Assembly (NCBI GenBank): GCA_033549025.1
Contig: JAWSUS010000012.1
Location: 1 to 64,000, forward strand
DNA from: Desulfuromonadales bacterium
Lineage (GTDB): Bacteria; Desulfobacterota; Desulfuromonadia; Desulfuromonadales; SZUA-540
DNA length: 64,000 bases
Reading direction: 5' to 3'
The notes under the pieces were generated by a model, which was given only the letters and a program-made list of their open reading frames with translations, had not been told where the DNA came from and searched no databases. How positions within the stretch are numbered: position 1 is the stretch's first letter; the number at the start of each line of letters is the position of its first letter. This document shows positions 36,301 through 44,211 of the stretch, piece after piece. Position numbers and translations under genes: made by a program.

Positions 36301-37077
36301 ATGGGAACGATAAGGTCAAGATGGGTCCGGATACTGGGCTGGTGCGTCCTGGGCCTCCTCTGGGCGGAGACGGGGCCGGCGGCGGGTAAGTACTGGGATT
36401 TTCCGCCGCTGCCGGCTCCCCATGAATACGGCAATGTCCTGATTAGCCGGATTTCGGTGGAGAACAAGATCAAGCCGGTGCTCTTCCCCCACTGGAGTCA
36501 TCGGGCCCGATTCAGCTGTCGGGTTTGTCACTTTGAGCTCGATTTCGCCTTTGCCACCAACAAAACGGAGATCACCGAGGCCGAGAATCGCAACGGTCTC
36601 TACTGCGGCTCCTGTCATGACGGAGAGCGGGCGTTCGGCCATACGGAAGGCAACTGTGAACGGTGTCACTCCGGTTACGGTTCGACGGATGCGGAGAAAT
36701 TCGAAGCTTTCAGGCGGCCCCTGCCGTCGGCGCCTTTCGGCAACAAGATCCACTGGGGCTATGCCCTGGAAGACGGGCTTATCAGGCCGGCCTACAGCCT
36801 TTTTCATGCGGACGAAAAACCGATGGATTTCGACCGTGAGCTGGAACTACAGGCCGAATGGACCTATGTGCCGCCGGCGTACTTTCCCCATGCCAAACAC
36901 ACGCCCTGGCTCGATTGCGCCAACTGCCACCCGGACATCTTCAACGTCAAGAAGAAGACGACCCAGCATTTTTCCATGGAATATATACTCGAAGGCAAGT
37001 TCTGCGGGGTCTGTCACCTGCGGGTGGCGTTCCCCCTGGACGATTGCAAGGGGTGCCATCCGCGCATTTCCCGCTAA
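36301..37077 (+). CDS. Hexaheme cytochrome c, paralog of the upstream gene
   Basis: CRVCH, CGSCH, CERCH, CANCH, CGVCH, CKGCH; same architecture. Confidence 0.92.
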   Translation: MGTIRSRWVRILGWCVLGLLWAETGPAAGKYWDFPPLPAPHEYGNVLISRISVENKIKPVLFPHWSHRARFSCRVCHFELDFAFATNKTEITEAENRNGLYCGSCHDGERAFGHTEGNCERCHSGYGSTDAEKFEAFRRPLPSAPFGNKIHWGYALEDGLIRPAYSLFHADEKPMDFDRELELQAEWTYVPPAYFPHAKHTPWLDCANCHPDIFNVKKKTTQHFSMEYILEGKFCGVCHLRVAFPLDDCKGCHPRISR

Positions 37078-37083
37078 CAAAGG

Positions 37084-37383
37084 ATGAAGGTGCTCATGAA
37101 ACGATGGGGATGGGGTGTTCTGGTCGGCCTGCTGCTGACGGCGAGTCTGGTGCAGGCCGAGCCTTGGAAAGAGGATTTCGACCGACTCTGCGGCCAGACC
37201 GCTGTGGCGGAAGGGCTCACGGTCTCCGAACTGGACGATCTGACCGCCGCCTGCGACCGGGTCATTCGGGACATGGAAAAAAGCGATTCGGTGGAGAAGA
37301 AGGTCTACCTTTTTCGTCTGAAAAAGTGCCGAAACCTCTTCAGCTATCTGGCGGAGGTGAAAAAGACCCAGGGAGAGAAATGA
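37084..37383 (+). CDS. Small exported helical protein with three Cys
   Basis: Signal peptide (..VQA); operonic with the cytochromes. Confidence 0.7.
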   Translation: MKVLMKRWGWGVLVGLLLTASLVQAEPWKEDFDRLCGQTAVAEGLTVSELDDLTAACDRVIRDMEKSDSVEKKVYLFRLKKCRNLFSYLAEVKKTQGEK

Positions 37384-37385
37384 TC

Positions 37386-38429
37386 TCAGCCTGACCGGGC
37401 CAGTTGGTGAATATCGCCGACGAGCCGGTCGATGTCCTCTGCTGTCGTCTTCCAGGAACACATGAAGCGGGCGTGCCCTGAGCCGATGAAGGTGTAAAAG
37501 GTCCAGCCTTTGCGGTGCAGAGCCTCGATGAGGGTCTTTGGCATCTGTACGAAAACGGCGTTGGCCTGCACCGGGTGCATGATGTCGACCCCGGGTATTT
37601 CCCGCAGCCGCGCGGCCAGGCTGCGGGCGCAGCGGTTGGCGTGGTCGGCGTGACGCAGCAGGGCGCCGGCCTTGAGCATGCCGATCCAGGGGGCGGCCAG
37701 AAAGCGCATCTTCGAGGCCAGCTGCCCCGCCTGTTTACAGCGGTAATCAAATTCGCGGGCCAGGGCGCGATTGAAAAATATCACCGCCTCACCCATGGCC
37801 ATGCCATTCTTGGTGCCGCCGAAGGTCAGCACGTCGACGCCCGCCTTCCAGGTGAGCTCCTTGGCGGGAACCTGCAAAAAGGCCAGGGCGTTGGCAAAAC
37901 GGGCGCCATCCACCTGCAGGTGCAGGTTCAGCCGTCGGGCCGCTTCTCCCGCTGCCGCCATCTCCTCCGCCGAATAGACGGTCCCCACCTCCGTCGCCTG
38001 CGTCAGGCTCAATACCCGCGGCTTGGGGTAGTGAATGTCGGCCCGCCGGGTTACCGTTGTTTCCACTTCCCCCAGGTTGACCTTGCCGTTTTCCCCAGGA
38101 ACGAGAAGCACTTTGGTGCCGTTGGAAAAAAACTCGATGGCGCCGCATTCATCCGTCTCGATGTGGGCGAGTTCATGACAGATGATGCTGTGATAGCTCT
38201 GGCAGAGGGAGGCCAGCGACAGGGAGTTGGCGGCTGTGCCGTTGAAGACGAAGAAGACCTCGCAGTCGGTTTCGAAAAACTCCCGCAGCAGATTACAGGC
38301 TTTCTCAGTCCAGGGGTCGTTGCCATAGGCATTGGCAAAGCCCTGGTTGACCGCGGCCATGGCCTCCCAGGCTTCGGGGCAGATGCCGGCGTAATTGTCA
38401 CTGGCGAACAGGTTCATGCTTTCGGACAT
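37386..38429 (-). CDS. ltaE: Low-specificity L-threonine aldolase
   Basis: FASDN, FNGTAAN, DECGA, DGARFANA, GGTKNG, SKMRF. Confidence 0.9.
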   Translation of the reverse strand: MSESMNLFASDNYAGICPEAWEAMAAVNQGFANAYGNDPWTEKACNLLREFFETDCEVFFVFNGTAANSLSLASLCQSYHSIICHELAHIETDECGAIEFFSNGTKVLLVPGENGKVNLGEVETTVTRRADIHYPKPRVLSLTQATEVGTVYSAEEMAAAGEAARRLNLHLQVDGARFANALAFLQVPAKELTWKAGVDVLTFGGTKNGMAMGEAVIFFNRALAREFDYRCKQAGQLASKMRFLAAPWIGMLKAGALLRHADHANRCARSLAARLREIPGVDIMHPVQANAVFVQMPKTLIEALHRKGWTFYTFIGSGHARFMCSWKTTAEDIDRLVGDIHQLARSG

Positions 38430-38675
38430 GGAGCAGACTCCTTCGGGGATGGAGATGAACTCTCTGCTGGGAGCATAGAGGGAGCGGGGTCATAAAATCA
38501 AGTGCCGGAACCTGAGGTGTGACTTATCAGGTCGTGCAGGAGGGGGTTTTTGCTCTACAGGGCAGGCGAAAAGAAGGCTTTTATTGCCCAAAAGACCTGT
38601 GCTACTCTTTTTGACGCCGCCGGAAGCTGCTCCCGGTGCCGGCGCCAACCATTTCTCACAGCGATTTCGGGGTCC

Positions 38676-41600
38676 GTGGTTATTAAAACGTTGCGCCTCA
38701 TATTCCTTGTCGGGCTCTCTTTGCTCTTCTTCGGGCTGTGTCAGGCTGAAGCCCGGGTCGTGCGCACGGGCCTCTACCCGATTCCTCCCCTCATTGTTTT
38801 ATCCGACCAGAACACACCCGATTCCGTGCAGGGGATTTTCCCCGAATTGCTTCAGCATGTGGCCCGTCAGGAAGGCTGGCAGCTCGAGTTCGTGAGGGGA
38901 ACCTGGGCCGAATGCCTGTCGCGACTGGAGAAGGGGGAGATCGACCTGCTCCCCGCCATCGCCATCACCCGGGAGCGGAGCCGATACCTGGTCTTCTCCA
39001 GGGAGACCGTGGTTTCCGACTGGGGACAGGTCTTTGTCTCCTCTTCCGCGCCTTCCCCCATTCAGTCCATCATCGATCTGGACGGCAAGACCGTGGCGGT
39101 CATGAAGGACAGCGTCTTTTATGTCGGCGACAATGGACTACGTCAGCTCGCCGAGGCCTTCAAGCTGCAGATCGACTATCTGGAACTGAACGGACCGGAA
39201 CAGGTGCTGGGGGCCGTTATCCGTGGTGAGGCGGAGGCGGGCCTGGTCAATCGCATCTATGCCCTGCCCCATGAATACAGCCAGCCGATTCGCAAAACCT
39301 CCATTCTGGTGAGCCCGTTTGAGATTCTCTTTGCCACCCGGCCGGGAGCCGATGTTCAGTTGCTGGAAAAGATCGACGCCCATCTGGCCCGGCTCAAGCA
39401 GAATCCCGCCTCGTTGTACTACCAAAGTCTGGAAACCTGGCTCGGTCAGAAGACGCCCCCGCACCTGCCGGACTGGCTGCCCAGAGTCATGATTCTGGTC
39501 GCCTTGCTGGTCGTTCTGCTGCTGGCTTCCTCCTTATGGGGGCGTTTTCAGGTCAAACGAAAAACCGGGGAATTGAAGGATACCAATCGCGAACTGAAAA
39601 TGGAGATTGCCGAGCGCAAGCAGGTGGAGGCGCTGCTGCGCCAACAGGCCCAGCTGCTGGAACAGGTTCGGGAGGCGGTTTTCACGACAGACCCCGACCA
39701 TCTGGTCACCTCCTGGAACCGAGGGGCCCAGCAGCTTTTCGGCTATTCGCCCGACGAAATTCTGGGGAGTCCCGTTTTTCAACTCTTCCCTGAACCTCCG
39801 GGCGAGGATATTCCGGCGACTCTCGATCGACTGTTAGAGGGCGAGACGGAGGCTGTGCTGGAAATTCGCCTGCTGCGCCAGTCGGGTATGGTGTTTTTTG
39901 GCCAGATCTCCCTGTCTCCGCTGCGTGATGATGGCGGCGCCGTCCAAGGCGTCGTCTTTTCCATTCGGGACATTACCGAGAGCAAGGAGGCCGAGCAGGC
40001 GCTCAGAAGCCAGTTTGATCAGGTCAGTACCATTTTCGACGCCTTGGATGCCTTGGTCTATGTAGCTGATCTGGAGACTCACGATCTGCTCTATATCAAC
40101 CAGAGCGGTGAGGCTCTAATGGGGCGCAACTGGCCGGGTCGCAAATGCTACGAGGTGTTGCAGAAAGACATGGCCGAGCCCTGTGTGTTCTGCACCAACG
40201 ATCGGCTGGTGGTGAACGGCGAGATTCAACCGCCGGTGAAGTGGGAATTTCAGAACACGGTGACCCAGCGCTGGTACCAGTGCATCGATCGCGCCATTCA
40301 CTGGCCGGACGGCCGTCTGGTGCGTCTGGAGATCGCTATCGATGTCACCGAGCAGCGTCAGGCCAAGGAGGCGGTCGCCGCCGAGCGGGCCTTCCTCCAG
40401 GCCGTCGTCGACGGAGTGGTCGATCCGATCATGGTGGTGGCTCCGGATTATCGCATCGTCATGATGAACCAGGCGGCGCGGCAGTATCTGAGTTCGGATC
40501 TGCAGCAAAAGACCAGTCTGTGCTGCCATCAGGTCTCCCACGACAGTGAAGTGCCCTGTCAGGGCGCGGACCATCCCTGTCCCCTGGAACAGATCAAGAA
40601 AACCGGGCAGCCGGTCACCGTCATCCATCAGCATGCCAGCGGCACCGGCGAGCGTCGTATCTATGAACTGGAGGCTTCCCCCATGTGGGATGCGAACGGC
40701 ACCCTCACGGGGATCATCGAGGTGTCGCGCGATATCACCGACCGCCTGCAGATCGAGGCCAAACTGAGTGAGAACGAGCAGCGTCTGCACCATCTGGCCC
40801 ACCATGACCCCCTGACCGACCTCCCCAATCGCCTTCTTTTTCAGGACCGCCTGCAGCATGCCATGAGCAAGGCCCGGCGGCAGAATCTTATGGTCGGTCT
40901 CCTCTTTATCGATCTCGACCGCTTCAAGGTGATCAATGATACCCTCGGTCATGAGACGGGCGACAGGGTGCTGACCGAGGTCGCCAAGCGCATCCGTTAC
41001 TGGGTGCGGGCTTCGGATACGGTAGCGCGCCTGGGCGGGGACGAGTTCGTCATCATCCTGGAGGATATCCAGGATCCTACTTACGTCGGAGCGGTTGCCC
41101 AGAAAATATTGAGCGTGCTGTCGCAGCCGGTGCATTTCGATGAACAGGAGCTTTTCGTCACGGCCAGCATCGGCGTCAGCCTCTTCCCCGCCGATACGGA
41201 AAGTCCCGAAGAACTGATGAAATTTGCCGATGTGGCCATGTATCGGGCCAAGGACAGGGGACGCAACACCTGCCAGTTCTATACGCCGGACATGAATGCT
41301 CGCGCCCACGAACTGCTGGCCCTCGAAGGCAGCCTGCGCAAAGCCCTGGACAACGATCAGCTGGTGCTGCACTACCAGCCGCAGATCGATCTCAACAGCG
41401 GCGAACTGATCGGCATGGAAGCCCTTCTGCGCTGGCAGCACCCGCAGCGGGGGCTGGTCTCTCCCGGCGATTTCATCCCTTTGGCGGAAGAAACCGGGGT
41501 TATCCTGCCTATCGGGGAATGGGTCCTGAAGACGGCCTGTCTGCAGAACAAGGCCTGGCAGGAACAGGGCTTTCCCCCCGTGCGCATGTCGGTAAACATT

Positions 41601-42113
41601 TCGGCCAGACAATTTCGCCAGGCCGACCTGGTGGACATGATCGACCGGGTTCTGGAAGAAACCGGCCTCGACCCCGAGTGGCTGGAACTGGAAATTACCG
41701 AAAGCGTTATCATGGAGGATTTCGGCGAGGTTATCATGACGCTCACCGACCTCAAGGTGCGCGGCGTGCATCTGGCCATCGACGACTTCGGCACGGGGTA
41801 TTCTTCTCTGGCCTATCTCAAACTGTTTCCCATCTCCAAGCTCAAGATCGATAAGGGTTTCGTGCGGGACATCACCAACGACGCCAACGACGCCTCCATC
41901 GCCGCTTCCATTGTTGCCCTGGCCCGCAGTATGAACCTCGAGGTCATCGCCGAAGGGATAGAAACCCGGGAGCAGATGGAATTTCTGCTGGATTATGGCT
42001 GCGATCAAGGCCAGGGTTATCTCTTCGGCCGTCCCCTTCCGCCGGAACAGTGCCGCTCTTTTCTTGTCACCTCGCTGGCTTCCGGTTCAGACAAAAGCCT
42101 TATTCCCGCCTGA
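38676..42113 (+). CDS. Solute-binding domain + TM + PAS x3 + GGDEF + EAL diguanylate cyclase/phosphodiesterase
   Basis: Family-3 SBP-like N-terminus; HDPLTDLPNR, RLGGDEF, MEALLRW, DDFGTGYSS; start uncertain (GTG 38676). Confidence 0.9.
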   Translation: MVIKTLRLIFLVGLSLLFFGLCQAEARVVRTGLYPIPPLIVLSDQNTPDSVQGIFPELLQHVARQEGWQLEFVRGTWAECLSRLEKGEIDLLPAIAITRERSRYLVFSRETVVSDWGQVFVSSSAPSPIQSIIDLDGKTVAVMKDSVFYVGDNGLRQLAEAFKLQIDYLELNGPEQVLGAVIRGEAEAGLVNRIYALPHEYSQPIRKTSILVSPFEILFATRPGADVQLLEKIDAHLARLKQNPASLYYQSLETWLGQKTPPHLPDWLPRVMILVALLVVLLLASSLWGRFQVKRKTGELKDTNRELKMEIAERKQVEALLRQQAQLLEQVREAVFTTDPDHLVTSWNRGAQQLFGYSPDEILGSPVFQLFPEPPGEDIPATLDRLLEGETEAVLEIRLLRQSGMVFFGQISLSPLRDDGGAVQGVVFSIRDITESKEAEQALRSQFDQVSTIFDALDALVYVADLETHDLLYINQSGEALMGRNWPGRKCYEVLQKDMAEPCVFCTNDRLVVNGEIQPPVKWEFQNTVTQRWYQCIDRAIHWPDGRLVRLEIAIDVTEQRQAKEAVAAERAFLQAVVDGVVDPIMVVAPDYRIVMMNQAARQYLSSDLQQKTSLCCHQVSHDSEVPCQGADHPCPLEQIKKTGQPVTVIHQHASGTGERRIYELEASPMWDANGTLTGIIEVSRDITDRLQIEAKLSENEQRLHHLAHHDPLTDLPNRLLFQDRLQHAMSKARRQNLMVGLLFIDLDRFKVINDTLGHETGDRVLTEVAKRIRYWVRASDTVARLGGDEFVIILEDIQDPTYVGAVAQKILSVLSQPVHFDEQELFVTASIGVSLFPADTESPEELMKFADVAMYRAKDRGRNTCQFYTPDMNARAHELLALEGSLRKALDNDQLVLHYQPQIDLNSGELIGMEALLRWQHPQRGLVSPGDFIPLAEETGVILPIGEWVLKTACLQNKAWQEQGFPPVRMSVNISARQFRQADLVDMIDRVLEETGLDPEWLELEITESVIMEDFGEVIMTLTDLKVRGVHLAIDDFGTGYSSLAYLKLFPISKLKIDKGFVRDITNDANDASIAASIVALARSMNLEVIAEGIETREQMEFLLDYGCDQGQGYLFGRPLPPEQCRSFLVTSLASGSDKSLIPA

Positions 42114-42235
42114 CCGACGCAAGGCGCGTCAAGGGCTTTACTTGTGATTCCCAGCCCTTTTAGCCCCCCGTCGTTTCGGTTTGCCAGAAGCAAAAAGTTA
42201 CGCTAATATCGCACCCTACCCGCAGGAGGGTGGAA

Positions 42236-43609
42236 ATGAAGAAGTTCGTAGTATCCCTTTTTTTTCGTAGCATCGGGGCCAAGCTGGCCCTGTTCGTTTT
42301 GTTGCTCATTGCCGTTATCACCGCCGCGTCGGCGTTTCTGGTCATCGACATCCTCGATCGTTTCCTGGTGGCGGAAATGGTCAAGCGCGGGCAGTCCATC
42401 GCCCTGAGCGCCACCTCGCCCGCCGGCTTCAGCATCCTGTCGGGAGACCGGCTGGCCCTCGACAATCTGGCCGCCAAGATCAAGGAGTCGCAGCAGGACA
42501 TTCTCTATCTGGCGATTGTCGACACCGAAGGAAAAATCCTGGCTCACAATGACCTGTCCAAGGCCGGTCAGACCTACGCCCCGGTCTCGGGCACGCTGCT
42601 GGAGCAGAGCACGAGTGGTACGGTTCGCCGGGTTGTGCGCGACGGGGTGGCCGGCTATGAGTTTTCCAGCGGTGTCCATTTTGCCGGCCGTCATGTCGGC
42701 CAGGTATTTCTCGGCATCGATGCCGCCAATCTGGAAGCCAGCCAAAGTAGCGCCCGCCGGCAGATTGCCTGGGTCAGCGTGGCGGCCCTGTTGGGGGGCG
42801 TGGTTGGCGCCATTCTGTTGTCGCGCATCATCACCGGCCCCATCCAGCGGCTGGCGGCCGGGGTCAATCGTATCAAGCAGGGGGATTACCGGGTGACTCT
42901 CGCCCCGCGCAGCCGGGACGAACTGGGGGAGCTGACCCGCCGGTTCAACGAGATGGCGGGAGTGATTCAGGGGCAGAAGGAACGTCTGCAGAAATACGCC
43001 GAGAACCTGGAGTCGTCCTACAGCGATACCGTACGGATTCTGGCCGCCGCCATCGACGCGCGGGATCAGTATACCTACGGCCATTCTTCCCGGGTGGCGG
43101 GGCTCTCGCTTCTTCTCGGAGAAAAACTGGGGTTGTCGGCGGAGGAGCTCAAAGAGCTGGAAATGGCCTGTTTTCTGCACGATGTCGGCAAAATCCGCAT
43201 CCCCGACGAGGTGCTGAACAAGCAGGGATCCCTGGACGAGCAGCAAGCCAGGCTCATTCGCTGCCATCCGAGTTATGGCGCCGAGATCCTCGGGCTGGCC
43301 GATTCACTCCACCGCTACATTCCGGCCGTCCTGCAGCACCATGAATTTTATGACGGCAGCGGCTATCCTGCCGGTCTGAAAGGGAGCCAGATTCACCTGC
43401 ACGCCCAGATTGTCGCCCTGGCTGACAGCTTTGACGCCATGATTTCTTCGCGGCCCTACCGGCCGGGGCGTTCCCGCGACGCGGCCGTGGGGGAAATTTT
43501 GAAGTGTCGCGGCACCCAGTTTTCCCCCGAATTGACTGACCTGTTCATCAAAATTCTACCGGAATTCGACGCGGGTCGGCGTCCATCCTTTATGGGAGAT
43601 GGCTTATGA
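42236..43609 (+). CDS. HAMP + HD-GYP phosphodiesterase
   Basis: Two TM segments, HAMP, HDVGK, HHEFYDGSGYP, RPYR. Confidence 0.9.
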   Translation: MKKFVVSLFFRSIGAKLALFVLLLIAVITAASAFLVIDILDRFLVAEMVKRGQSIALSATSPAGFSILSGDRLALDNLAAKIKESQQDILYLAIVDTEGKILAHNDLSKAGQTYAPVSGTLLEQSTSGTVRRVVRDGVAGYEFSSGVHFAGRHVGQVFLGIDAANLEASQSSARRQIAWVSVAALLGGVVGAILLSRIITGPIQRLAAGVNRIKQGDYRVTLAPRSRDELGELTRRFNEMAGVIQGQKERLQKYAENLESSYSDTVRILAAAIDARDQYTYGHSSRVAGLSLLLGEKLGLSAEELKELEMACFLHDVGKIRIPDEVLNKQGSLDEQQARLIRCHPSYGAEILGLADSLHRYIPAVLQHHEFYDGSGYPAGLKGSQIHLHAQIVALADSFDAMISSRPYRPGRSRDAAVGEILKCRGTQFSPELTDLFIKILPEFDAGRRPSFMGDGL

Positions 43610-44202
43610 GGTTTCCCCTGAAAACGATCTGTCTGTTCGCCCTGCTGGGCGCTTTGAGCCTTCTGACCTCTTCCTGTGCCCCCCACACACCGGCATCATC
43701 CTCCCCGTCCTCCTTAAACCTCCCTGCGCCGGAAGCGAACCGGGATGACAGTCTGGTGCAGAAGCAGCAGAAGCTTTTATCCCAGGGAGACTACCTGGCC
43801 GCGCTGAATCTTGCTGATAACGGCAAGGGAGACAGTGCCGAGCTTCTCCGGCGGGCGTTGCCGGGGGCTTACCGGCAGGGGGAGCAGATGCTGGCGGCGC
43901 AGCATTATGCCGAGGCCGGTGCCACCTTCGCCTATCTGCTGTCCCTCGTTAAAGAGAGCGAGGCGACCGTCACCGGCGGTGAAGTGTCTGGCGAGGAACT
44001 GACCCGAAAGCGGGACTTCTGCGCCGAGCAACTGATGGTCCAGGGGATGACCGCCTACCGGAACGGCCTGCTCGAAGAGGCGATCGGAACCTGGGAGCAG
44101 ATTCTCGCCTTTGCTCCCGACCACGAGGGGGCGCATAAATCGCTGGCCACCAGCCGTACCCAGTTGAGCAACCTTCAAGCCCTGAAAAAAGAGGATATCT
44201 GA
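43606..44202 (+). CDS. TPR-like lipoprotein
   Basis: LTSSC lipobox, TPR-like helices; ATGA overlap with the HD-GYP gene. Confidence 0.7.
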   Translation: MRFPLKTICLFALLGALSLLTSSCAPHTPASSSPSSLNLPAPEANRDDSLVQKQQKLLSQGDYLAALNLADNGKGDSAELLRRALPGAYRQGEQMLAAQHYAEAGATFAYLLSLVKESEATVTGGEVSGEELTRKRDFCAEQLMVQGMTAYRNGLLEEAIGTWEQILAFAPDHEGAHKSLATSRTQLSNLQALKKEDI

Positions 44203-44211
44203 TTCCCCACC

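Noticed and set aside
40900..41050. Hypr-type GGDEF (3',3'-cGAMP synthase), as known in Geobacter
   Set aside because: The guanine-selecting Asp is retained (NDTLGHETGD), consistent with an ordinary c-di-GMP cyclase
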